64,000 bases of DNA, taken from assembly GCF_041956535.1 (NCBI RefSeq), contig NW_027192218.1, forward strand, positions 201,728 through 265,727, given 5' to 3'. The stretch is from Calcarisporiella thermophila CBS 279.70 (lineage: Eukaryota; Fungi; Calcarisporiellomycota). Shown piece after piece: positions 52,337-64,000 of this stretch; position 1 is the stretch's first letter; each line of letters opens with the position of its first letter. A program made the position numbers and the translations under genes. The notes under the pieces were generated by a model. That model was not told the origin of the DNA, ran no database searches, and saw nothing but the letters and a program-made list of their open reading frames with translations.

Positions 52337-52571
52337 AATTCGTATATACAATGGATACGTATTGGAAAATGTAAAATTATTGAACAAATTGTAGAAGTCA
52401 CAAAATCTTGGAGTTTGAAAAGGAAAATCCAATATTAAACGCTGGACCACCTAGCCGATTTCTATTGTTGTATTCGCGAGGCAGGGTTAAAGATTGATAC
52501 TTTGGTTTGACATGGAAGAAAGCAAGATTTTATTATAAATAAAGATTTTATATGGAGTGTGTGTTGGGTAT

Positions 52572-53231
52572 TTAATCGCGTGCCTCCCTTCTCTCTTTTA
52601 CTTCATTGTCTAGTTCTTCTTTTAATTTTTGCAGATTTTGCCATAGCCAACTATCTTCTGTCTCTGCACTTCCATTTGCTTCCAAAGCCGTTTTCTGTTC
52701 ATTATCACGCAAAATGGCAGCACGAAGATTACCAGTTCGATTGAAGATAATATGTCCAAGCCTGTCAGAAAACTCTTGTGCCTACGAAAAATAGAGCCTC
52801 CAATCAGCCAAAAATGCATTTTTTAAAATTTTTCATTGATTAATATTTACATTATTCACATCTAAATACCAGCTTAATGCTGCCACCACAATACCAGCAC
52901 CCGAAAAACACAAGAGTGTCCCTAGGCCCAGTGCTTTGAAAGCTTCTCTTCTCGCCAAGCTTCTAATATGCTCAGGTGGGCCAAATTGCCTTTTATAATT
53001 TGATAGAAAGCCAGTTCCAGAATGTTCGGACGGAGGAGCTACGATCAAAAGCTAATTAATAAAGGCTTCAAAAATTATATAAATAGGATATCTACTCCTT
53101 TTTTGTGTAAACCATATGGATCCGGCAAAGCCAGCAATAAATGCTACTGCAGATGCTCCAAAAAACGTTAATTTACTAGGAAGAGTTGAGGTATCATTTT
53201 GAGCATGCCTTGATGAATTTGGATTCGACAT
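52572..53231 (-). CDS. TMEM242/DUF1358-like small membrane protein
   Basis: Two hydrophobic segments (FFGASAVAFIAGFAGSIW; AFKALGLGTLLCFSGAGIVVAALSWYLDV|NNAQEFSDRL). The pattern resembles the TMEM242 family. Confidence 0.6.
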
Positions 53232-53333
53232 ATTAAGGAGCAAGTTTTCAATGACGGAGATCTAAACTCTGTATTTACAAAATTTAACAGTCACCTTAAC
53301 TCCACCTTGTTTTCCATCCAAGATTTAATAGAA

Positions 53334-54026
53334 ATGTCAGATCGGGATACACCTCCGCCTCAGCATAAACCAAGAAAACAGCCCAATATTCTTGTCACTG
53401 GTACACCTGGTACCGGAAAAACAACAACGTGCGAGATGATTGCTGAACAGACCGGACTTGAGCATATTAATATTGGTCAATTGGTAAAAGAGCGCGGCCT
53501 ACATGAAGGGTACGATCAGGAATTTGATACCTATATTCTTGATGAAGACAAGGTATACAATGGGAAAAGCTGATACATTAATACTTCGCGTATTGAATTT
53601 GAATAATCAATAATAGCTCTGTGATGAACTTGAGGAGGAATTAGCACCTGGAGGAAAAATTATTGATTTCCACTCGAGTGAATTTTTCCCTGAGAGATGG
53701 TTTGATCTGGTTTTGGTGCTACGAACGGACAATACAACTCTTTATGATCGTTTAAAAGCTCGGTTAGTATTATTAAGTGCTTAGCTTTGCTGGATATTAT
53801 AGATAAGTTATTAACATTTTGAATATTCTGGATTAGTGGGTATTCACAGCGAAAAATTACTGAGAATATTGAGTGCGAGATAATGCAGGTAGTACTGGAG
53901 GAAGCTCGTGAATCATATGCAGAGGAAATAGTTGTAGAATTACCGAGCAACACAGTTGAAGAAATGGAAAGTAATGTATCTCGAGTTTTGGAATGGTTGC
54001 GAATGTGGAGAGAGCGCCACCAATGA
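53334..54026 (+). CDS. FAP7: Adenylate kinase 6 / Fap7
   Basis: PNILVTGTPGTGKTT, YDQEFDTYILDEDK, IIDFHSSEFFPERWFDLVLVLRTDNTTLYDRL, ENIECEIMQVVLEEARESY. Confidence 0.96.
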
Positions 54027-54702
54027 TATCAATGGTCTGAATAAAGGAATAAGTGAGTCTAACATGACTCCTTGAGAACCTTTGCACGTATTTCTAATCG
54101 AAAAACTGCAATCACAATGCATTTTATATATTGATTTCGTCACGATACACTGATTTGTATTCCATGAAATAATTGCATCAGAATGGCATAGCAGTTGGAA
54201 AATATAGATTTTTCTGATGTATATTGTGAAATTCGCAGCAGCACCAGGTAAAGCCTAATTGCCTGAAAATCAGATAGAAATTATTGCATTAAACCCCATG
54301 ATTCAACGATTCTCATAGTTTATTACTTGAAACATATGTTTATATAAATGTCATTATCCAAAATGGTAGGCCTACTATCGCTTATGTATATCTTTTAAAC
54401 AGCAACCTCGAACTCAATCGAATGCTATCGATTAAGAATTAAAGAACACTCTATCAAAAGCTCCAAACTATACGAACTATTTGGAATCAGCAACAAGGGA
54501 TACTGAAACCTAACCTGATCTTTTAAAGATCTAGGTTACACAACAACAAGCGCGTAACTCTTTATAAAGTTTTGTAGAATTCGATGCATTCTTCTCAGGC
54601 ACAGAGACTCAAACTTTTATTATATTTAATATTTTATTTCCTCATTCACGGCGCTTTTTAATATAAATGATTCGGCAACAATCGATACTTAGTTCACAAT
54701 AG

Positions 54703-55785
54703 ATGATAGATAAATGCAAAAATTCATCCTCTGATAACGGAGCATACTATTCTGAAGCCGTCGAATTAAGTATGGATCCAACATCTCACTATACCCATCC
54801 CCAGCTCCTTGTTTCTCCAGGCAATGAATATTCAACTGCAATGGTTGTGCAAGATGCGGGCGTTCACACCCAACATCCCTCTAGCTCATTCATGTTTAAT
54901 GACTCTTCTTGCTTTACGGCCCAAACTATGCTTTCGCTCAACGGATTTTACCCAAGTGATTTCTCATCCTTCCCTAATTATCCAATACTCTACTCGCCAC
55001 CACTTGGCGAGGATCCGGAAATGCTTACACAAAACATGCCTCCAATGATGCAGGATTCCTTTGCTAGTATTTATAACAATATGCTACCAACCTCAGATAG
55101 CGATGTTCCACCACTTGCTTATGAGAACGACGTTTTTCCGCAGGATAATTGCACTACCCCTTTTTCTACGCTGACCTATGATAATGAGGCACTTTCTCCC
55201 ATGTTTGAATGTGAAACGCCTGCTATCTCCATTGAACAAGATAGCGCTGAAGGATTGGGCAAATCACTTGATAATAGAGAATTGAAGGATGAACGGCCTC
55301 CTCATTCTTACGCGACACTTATAGCCCATGCGATAAACTCTAGCCCACAAAAATGTCTGACAGTGAGCGAAATTTATGAATGGTTTCTGGAACATTACCC
55401 GTATTTTCGCCACACTTCGTGCCCTTGGAAGAATTCAATTCGGCACAATCTAACAATGAAACGTTTATTTGTACGTGTACGACCTGTATCAGGCAAAGGT
55501 GGACTTTGGGCATTAGACTATTCTCTTCATAAAAAAGATATGTCCCTTCGATCCTTTTCAAAACGGCGACAAACGCCCGCACACTGCTCTGCACATGGCT
55601 CTTCTTTACGGCAAGGACGTACAGGAAATATCATTCCTAAGCGTGATCATCAACGGTCATCATATTCATCGATTGAATACCCACCCGAAAATAATATTGC
55701 TTGGAATAATCAAGAGTATTTTCACCACGCGCAATTGCAATCTGCATCGCAACTATTCGTATTCACGAACCAATGTGATACTTAG
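54703..55785 (+). CDS. Forkhead-box transcription factor (intronless)
   Basis: RPPHSYATLIAHAINSSPQKCLTVSEIYEWFLEHYPYFR...WKNSIRHNLTMKRLFVRV...GKGGLWAL. The start codon is uncertain. Confidence 0.9.
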   Translation: MIDKCKNSSSDNGAYYSEAVELSMDPTSHYTHPQLLVSPGNEYSTAMVVQDAGVHTQHPSSSFMFNDSSCFTAQTMLSLNGFYPSDFSSFPNYPILYSPPLGEDPEMLTQNMPPMMQDSFASIYNNMLPTSDSDVPPLAYENDVFPQDNCTTPFSTLTYDNEALSPMFECETPAISIEQDSAEGLGKSLDNRELKDERPPHSYATLIAHAINSSPQKCLTVSEIYEWFLEHYPYFRHTSCPWKNSIRHNLTMKRLFVRVRPVSGKGGLWALDYSLHKKDMSLRSFSKRRQTPAHCSAHGSSLRQGRTGNIIPKRDHQRSSYSSIEYPPENNIAWNNQEYFHHAQLQSASQLFVFTNQCDT

Positions 55786-56142
55786 CATTTCTCTTCACCG
55801 TGATAAATTTTCCACCTATCCGCCGGAAACTGGTTTTTCTTCTCTAACATCACTTGTATGGGGGAGCTGGATTACATCCCCTACTCTCTTCATCCTTAAC
55901 TTATCCATATGTCTCCCTTTCCTGCTTATTTTATTTGATTGTATCTTTAACTAGGGCGCTACTGTACATCGTAAATCATATCATACCATATATTTATATC
56001 TTTGGAATATCATAATGCTTATAATTTTATATCACAGTATAGATATCTTAGGATTAGCATTCATTTTATGAGAATTGCATAGCCTTTTTATATATTGTCT
56101 GATTGAATAAATCCTTTTTTTTATTGTTTGAACGAGTGAGCC

Positions 56143-57756
56143 TCAGTCATTATTTAATCGTGCTCGCTTTGCATTGTATTTTGCTGCAACAGTTTCTGCA
56201 GAATCACAGGTCGGCCGTTCCAATAAGGGAACATACCGCTTTAATGCCATTGTCCTTCCGCCCCCGAGCATTATTGTCGTAGGCTCTCTATCTGTTACAA
56301 GTTCCGGCAATCGTTGATCTTTAGTTCCACCCAACTCCGTAGTAATTTGGTCGGATATTTGGTCAAGTAAGGAGGCATAGAGAAGGGATCGCGTCGAATT
56401 TGCATTCCATTGCTCTTCTAGGAGACGATATAATCTGAATGGTGCCATTTGATGGCTCAGAGCTACGCCCTTTTGATGCTGCTGCATCATATACTGCCAC
56501 TGAATTTCTTTAAATTCACAATCATAAAGGACAAGGGGCAATTCGCTCGCCATTTCATAATGTGGTCGTGCCGGCGTATTTTCCACATCCAGAAGGCGCC
56601 CCACAATTTCCGGCTCTTCTAGTCCTTGTCCCACTAGGAATAACACTGCCATCATGCACCGTACCTGGTGCCATAAAAAGGCTGTTCCTCGCAAATGCAA
56701 TTCGAAGAACTCTCCACCACCTGGTGGATCTATACTCACAGGCCGAATATCAATTTCGAGAACTGTTCGATGATAGTTCGTGATCTGTTTTGACCCATCG
56801 AGTTTGCAGAAATTGCGAAAATCATGAGTGCCCAGAAAGTGAGAAGCCGCATTTTGCATGCGGATAATATCTAGCTTTCCTCGAGGGAAGTAATATCGAT
56901 AGGTACGCGAATGGCAATCAAAGCGTGCGTTAAAATCCGGTGGAACTGCCGCCCATGAAATCACACGGATATCACTGGGAAGGAGGCGGTTAAGTATCTC
57001 AATATAGTTTATCTCTTCTTTTTTCGGCTCCGTATACTTCACATCACACTCCATTGCTTCTTCTGCTGTCGCATTGTCATCGACTAAAGGTTTGACTACT
57101 TTGCCCTCTCCACCTTCTCCATTTATTTCTTCTGTCGATAGGTTACTCCTAACTCTTACACTTACTACCTGGCCGAATCCACTTACTCCTTTGTCTGTCC
57201 GCCCACATCGTGAAAAATTACAAGTCGTAGGACCCTCAATCAACCTTGCAGCCATCAGGGCATTGATTAATTCGCCTTCCACTGTTTTTATACCTTGCCT
57301 CGTAGCAGCTTCGTCATTCTGCGCTGCAAATCCTGAATATTCCCACCCTAAATATGCAATCCGTAGCGCGATTTGTCGCTGGGAATACTTTGACATATCA
57401 AATGGGCGATCTTTTTTGATTTTTTTACGCTTAGTCGGAGTTGAGGAAGTATCGTCGATAGTGAGTGATGAACTGGTTTCGGCACATTTTATTTCTAAAG
57501 TGGATGTTCCGGACTTTGCGTCTGTCTCTGGGGCATTCGATTGTTGATGTTTGAAAATCTTGTCATATTCTACTAGCTTGCGAATAAGCTCCTCTTTCGA
57601 CCAGCTTTCATACATTTTTGATTCGGGCATTATTGTAGACGCATGGAAAATAAAGTATTTTCGATATAAACCTGAATAACTTGCACGAGACGCTATACCG
57701 ACCCGAAGAGATCTTTCAAATAATTGCGTATATAGCTTTTTACAAACTGAGTTCAT
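56143..57756 (-). CDS. DEG1: tRNA pseudouridine 38/39 synthase Deg1/Pus3; core start 57630, optional extension from 57756
   Basis: IALRIAYLGWEYSGFAAQ, FSRCGRTDKGVS, FNARFDCHSRTYRY, GTHDFRNFCKLD, GTAFLWHQVRCMM, YEMASELPLVLYDC. Confidence 0.95.
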   Translation of the reverse strand: MNSVCKKLYTQLFERSLRVGIASRASYSGLYRKYFIFHASTIMPESKMYESWSKEELIRKLVEYDKIFKHQQSNAPETDAKSGTSTLEIKCAETSSSLTIDDTSSTPTKRKKIKKDRPFDMSKYSQRQIALRIAYLGWEYSGFAAQNDEAATRQGIKTVEGELINALMAARLIEGPTTCNFSRCGRTDKGVSGFGQVVSVRVRSNLSTEEINGEGGEGKVVKPLVDDNATAEEAMECDVKYTEPKKEEINYIEILNRLLPSDIRVISWAAVPPDFNARFDCHSRTYRYYFPRGKLDIIRMQNAASHFLGTHDFRNFCKLDGSKQITNYHRTVLEIDIRPVSIDPPGGGEFFELHLRGTAFLWHQVRCMMAVLFLVGQGLEEPEIVGRLLDVENTPARPHYEMASELPLVLYDCEFKEIQWQYMMQQHQKGVALSHQMAPFRLYRLLEEQWNANSTRSLLYASLLDQISDQITTELGGTKDQRLPELVTDREPTTIMLGGGRTMALKRYVPLLERPTCDSAETVAAKYNAKRARLNND

Positions 57757-57876
57757 TAAGTTAAAGAAACCACTTAATTTGCAATATATAAAAGTCACAT
57801 AGTATGTGTCGCAGCTATATTTACAGTATTTGACTGTTATTTTTCTTCTTGCTAAATCTCTTAAAGAATTGCAAAC

Positions 57877-59185
<1,309 letters not shown>

Positions 59186-59624
59186 ATTCATTTTATATTC
59201 TATTTTTTTTGCCCTGATTCACACTTTTTCTTACAATTTTTTTTTTATGCCATTTATACAAACATTAAATTAATAAAAATCATAAAATTTGAGAATGCTA
59301 TAAAGAAACTTTGGGTAGAACTGTTTGAAGTACTATTAACTCTTTAGTGTTTAGTTTTGTTTGCACCATTATTGATTAATTTAGGGATGAAAAATTATAT
59401 ATAACCGATCACCGACAGGTGTTGAAAGAACTTTACACATCTCCACACAATCAGTAGAAAAGATGTAGCTCGCAATTCCCGATTTCCTTTTCTATTTCCA
59501 CTCAAGTATATCTGAGAATATTCTCAATCCGTTTATAGCACTTAAAAAATTATAACAATCTTAAAAAATAGAAGTAGCACAGGAGAGCAATGGACTTTAA
59601 TCCTTAAATTCAAGCGGTCTTTGT

Positions 59625-61652
59625 TTAATCGACCTCCAGTTTCGCATCAAGAGCAGCAAATTCATTGAAGAAAGCCTATACCAAATAATATTATTTAGCG
59701 CATAAATAGATTAAAAAAAATCCTCTTCATATACCTCAAACAGCTTAATAGCATGACCAACATCATCTACACCACCTGTCTCACGAATAGAGTGCATGCT
59801 TAGTTGAGGGTTTCCAACATCTAATCGATGCAAAGGTAAAATATTAAAGTAATTTAGTTGGTAACTGTATGAACCATAAACAAGCAATCATAGCCAAAAT
59901 GCCCATACCAATCGTCCTAAGTCCGAGTTTAGCGCTAAGCATAGGACCAATGGTGCTTCCACAGGGGCTGTCGTTTCTCACAACAAAATCTTGGATAGGG
60001 ATGTTGTGCTTGTGTGCAACCTCACGCAGCACTAGCGCAGTCGGGCCAGTGGTAGCATAGCGCTGGTTAGCGTTGATTTTTATGACAACACCCTGGTTAA
60101 GTCGGGGGCGATGACACTGTTCGTACTTGTCACTATAAATATTAGAAAAGTTTAATAAATTATATAATCAATTTTCTTAAGCAGTCCTCTGACCTGTAGT
60201 TCGGATGAACAGCGTGTGCCATATCAGCCGAAATCAAGTAGCTTTTTACCAAGGCTTCTTGGAGCGCAGTCGGAGATCTTGTTTTCCCTTCAATGTCAAG
60301 CAAAGCGAGTCTCTCAATAGTCGTAGCTAGCAAGTTCGAATTGGCGCCGTGTGCAGTTAGCGAACCAACTTCCTCGTTATCAAACAAGGCAATTACACGG
60401 ATATTCGGATCCGAAGAGAGATTTTGTGGAGATTGCGAGCTATTGATGAGGGCCTAATAAGAAAATAAAGTGAGACAGTTGGCTTGGATTGTATATATAT
60501 ACTGGATACTATATTTACCATCAACGAGCAATATGACATGTTCAAGTTATCTAGACGAGGTGAAAATATAAACTCGTTGGCTGCACCGCCTATGCATGGA
60601 GGCTGCGTATCATATAGGCAGAGCTCAAAGTCTTTGATCTGGTTAACTATTAGGAATAACAAATTAAGAAATAAGAAAATTTAATTATAAGAATATGATT
60701 CTTCATTGCTAATATGATTAATTACGGTTGCAGCCAATCTCCTCGGCCAAAATGCTGATCAACAAAGGATGGTGTTTTTCAGCTTTCGCTTTGTCGTTGT
60801 TGGGTTCAGATTCAAGTAAACTGTGAATAGCATACATTAACAACTGTCCATTGGCCATAATTCTTGACATCTTACCCCTTCATAGTAGTTGCAATGATGG
60901 GAAGCAATTGAGTTTCCGTGTTAAATTTAAAGCCCTCGTTAACAGTGCGGTCCAGATGAATGGCCAGAGTTGGGATGCGAAGAAGAGGACTATACATAGC
61001 AATCGTTTTTTAATTGACATTTTATATTTTAATTATCCCAATAATATAACATACCGATCAATCTTCACGAGTGTATGCTTAAATGTATTATCATTTTGCT
61101 GTACTAGGACACGGCCCGCAACGCTACATTGCATATTTACTCGAGTCGTACTACATTAAGAAATGGAAAATACAATTCTAATTTACCTGAGATCGCGGTC
61201 AAACCATGAGTGCCTATTTTTTTTTGTAAAGCAGCTGAATAATTGGATTTACACGCTCACATAAAACACAATAAATACCAAATGCCACCGCCATACAACT
61301 CCACTCCAACCTGTAGATAGTCCATACTTTCCCGCTTGGACACAGGCTTTACTTTCAGGCAAGGAGAATCCGTATGCGCACCGAGGATGGTAAAACCATT
61401 CCCAGGTGCGTAATTTCCTCCCACGGCGAAAGCAACAACTGAACTGCGATTTCTAGTGAAATAGTATTTTCCATTGGGCTGCACCTTCCATGCATCGCGT
61501 TCTTTCAATTCCTGAAACCCAGCAGCGCGCAATCTCTTGCATGATTCCTCGACAGCGTGGAATGGAGATGGTGAGTTCGTGACAAAGTTGACGAATTCTT
61601 GGGCCTCTTTAGGCGGAGAGGGAATTTTCGTATGAATGGTCTTTTCGCTCAT
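59625..61652 (-). CDS. APE4: Aspartyl aminopeptidase (M18 family, Ape4/DNPEP)
   Basis: [27 protein letters not shown]|HSWFDRDL|[63 protein letters not shown]. Confidence 0.96.
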
Positions 61653-61796
61653 GGTCCTGAGAGTAAGGAAGAAGCAAGCGCTAGTGAGTCGGAACAGCTT
61701 TGGAAATTTAAATTACTTGGTGCGAAATCGGTGCGAAGGGCAAGGGTACAAGCAGAATTCAAGTTTGAAATTATAAAGTCGCATCAAAACAGGAAA

Positions 61797-61869
61797 TCCG
61801 GATCCAAATTTTTAATAATATTAAAAATTTGGATCCGGAAAATGAGTGAATATTATTCACTCATTTTCC
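61797..61869. repeat. Two abutting perfect inverted repeats (21-1-21 and 16-1-16)
   Basis: tccggatccaaatttttaata-a-tattaaaaatttggatccgga (61797-61839) and ggaaaatgagtgaata-t-tattcactcattttcc (61837-61869). Confidence 0.95.
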
Positions 61870-62835
61870 ACCAAGCCTGAATTTTTTGCATGGAATCCGA
61901 GCTCAATAATGATTTTACTTCTTTGTATTGTTTGAGTATCTGCAGGCCTCTTGAAACTTGATTAGGAGGTCCTTGACTTTATAAGATATGGTTGATAAAA
62001 TTGTAGCGGCGTAAATGGTGAATTTTTTAAGACACACATATCTTTAAATAGTTGCTAATTGTATATCAACATATCTCTTAGTCCCCCATGCCTAGCTAAT
62101 CGATATATATAGGATGGTATATTCTACGCTTAGCTATTTCCATACGCATGCCAGAGCTATTACATGGAATAAATTATCTATAATTTGGGAATATAAAAGC
62201 AACATACACATCATCAGGTATTTAATAGAAAATCAGATTTCTAAAAGACCAAATTCAACAAGAGATTATAGAAAGGCACTGCGTACTTTGTGCCCCTTAT
62301 CAAATAAAGCCAAAACTAGCTGCAATATGCCGAAGTTCCCATTAAAAAACCCGAACCAGGCTTTTATGATGCCATTTTAGGGATTTAGAAGCAATAAAGA
62401 GGGTCCTTTGTAATAATACGGGGAGTATTTAATGCGAAGCACACCTATAGAAATATCGCTCAACTTGTGCTTGATCCATAATCCTTTTTTATCATCAGAG
62501 CGGAAAGCCATTTTTTTTAAAAATAAAAAGAGGTTAACAGAATAGCCCTATAATTAGACGTTTATATGGCCATTGCTCGCTCCTGAAAATAAACTCTGAA
62601 TCATACTGAATGCTTACATCCAGAGCGTAGGACTTCTAATAAATCATTCCAATGTGAAAAAAGGTGAGGCATTGTGCAGTATTACTGATACGTGGGAAAG
62701 GGGGTATACAAAGAGTGTATGTACATTAAAGGCGATCAAGATAAATGAAAGAAACAACTAAAGTACAAAAGGATCAAATATCAAAGCGAATATATATGAG
62801 AGGCTTAATAGGAGGTAGGCCAAGTTTGTATAATG

Positions 62836-63183
62836 TTAAGGGTAAGGTGTGCTGGTATGTCGTCTCACACGCAAATTCCAACAATTATGGCATATTGCAA
62901 ATGTTCTCAGCATTCTTCCGTGCCGCATGCACACATCGCGTTTACACCATTGACAATGAAGTAGATGAGCATCCTTGCAATAAAGATAGGCATGTCCAGT
63001 ACAGTTAGCGCATCGGCCAGTGGCACGGTTGCTACAGTCCTGTTCATGACACAGTCTATGGATAGAAGAATGGATAATTAGAGGACTAGCTTCCATCATG
63101 TTCAAGTATTCTCGATTTACCTCTGGCCCATAGCGATGTTTTTCCTGTGATGTGAGGTATACCAATGTAAAAGTGGACTCCAA
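62836..63183 (-). CDS. Cys/His-rich zinc-finger protein (B-box/Siva-like); 5' end unresolved
   Basis: C-x4-C-x7-C-x2-C-x7-C-x3-H-x3-C-x2-C-x4-C-x2-H-x9-C-x2-C. A plausible splice acceptor (ttcgaattag) lies just upstream. Confidence 0.6.
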   Translation of the reverse strand: MESTFTLVYLTSQEKHRYGPEVNREYLNMMEASPLIIHSSIHRLCHEQDCSNRATGRCANCTGHAYLYCKDAHLLHCQWCKRDVCMRHGRMLRTFAICHNCWNLRVRRHTSTPYP

Positions 63184-64000
63184 GAAATGAGCTAATTCGA
63201 AACAAAAGGGTAGCGAATGTTAAGGTTTATATCACAGGCAATAGGGGATTGTTCATGCTCTAGCTTTAGGCTGACGACTTATATACTACGCTAGCTTCTT
63301 TTACGATACTCTCTTCCGCTCTGAATTTTGCCGCAACTCTCAACTCTTTCTCCCCACAGGAAAAATAACAACCAACTGAAAAGGATCAACCTCCGGCAAG
63401 GAAAAAAAAGCTTTTTCTATATTTGAACGTCGTACGTCATCTCCGCCTTGTTTTTCCATTCTTAAAGTGGAACAAAAATGCACTGCGTTAACATACTATG
63501 CGACTGTGAATGTGGGATCCCAGCTCATTTCTCGGAATTAGCAGAAAATATCGCATAGCCCCCTCGGGAGATATACGCTGAGCCCTCCTCTTCGCCTTCA
63601 TATGCTCATGCAAAGGAAGCGTTAGTAGCAGCCAGCATATGCATCCGCTTAACTATGTACGGTAAGAAAATTAGCTAGTAGCTGAATAAAGAAATCCCGA
63701 TTCCTCTAGCCAAGCAAAAACTCTGTTTCAAGAGTGCGCATCTGCGTAGTCTCCATCTCTGCAGCGGCTATTTCATTAGAGCCGCTGCAGGTCCGAGAAG
63801 CTATAGAGTGGGGAAGAAAAGAAAACGAAACTAATTTGTAATTTTAGAAAGCAAAATATAGGAGATAACACCTGTCTACGTAAAATAGTATAGTTCAGGG
63901 GTTTTAAAACAATCCAGATGCGCGTATTAGGAAATGAAGATTCAGGTAATTCCTATTTAGCGATGGAAAGAAACTTTGTCTAAATCAATCGCTATGCGAG

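Noticed and set aside
63920-63975. Superficial TPP-riboswitch-like words (tcaggtaat...agcg...ggaaag)
   Set aside because: Lacks the CTGAGA and ACCTGAT cores and the required pairing.

Overview
Gene-dense, intron-rich eukaryotic DNA (mostly 55-80 nt GT-AG introns). It is most consistent with an early-diverging, non-Dikarya fungus (Mucoromycota/Zoopagomycota-like), judging by FANCI, an OGT-class GT41, Sos7, a GPI-anchored chitin deacetylase and the intron style; the taxon is inferred, not proven. About 30 protein-coding genes were reconstructed by hand-splicing: FANCI (5' partial), a GPI-anchored plant-type LRR protein, OGT, Rac1, SWAP-like, Rad9, Rce1, an unknown coiled-coil protein, UreG, RPL11, CLASP/Stu1, COX17, a Kre9/Knh1-like GPI protein, Osh6/7, TAF12, RPB5, an alpha/beta hydrolase, chitin deacetylase, a mucin-like membrane protein, UPF2, Sos7, thymidylate kinase, Dom34, TMEM242-like, Fap7/AK6, a forkhead TF, Pus3/Deg1, KRR1, an M18 aspartyl aminopeptidase and a Cys/His zinc-finger ORF. 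I found no tRNA, rRNA, CRISPR array or intact transposon. The most notable observations are: (1) two abutting perfect palindromes upstream of the aminopeptidase; (2) 8-27 nt microexons carrying catalytic or signature motifs in four unrelated genes; (3) a modular, repeat-phased plant-type LRR surface protein; (4) a +1 frame break at an A7 run in UPF2; (5) a DOM34-FAP7-PUS3-KRR1 ribosome-maturation neighbourhood; (6) OGT linked to a SWAP-family splicing regulator. Family assignments come from recognised motifs, not database searches.
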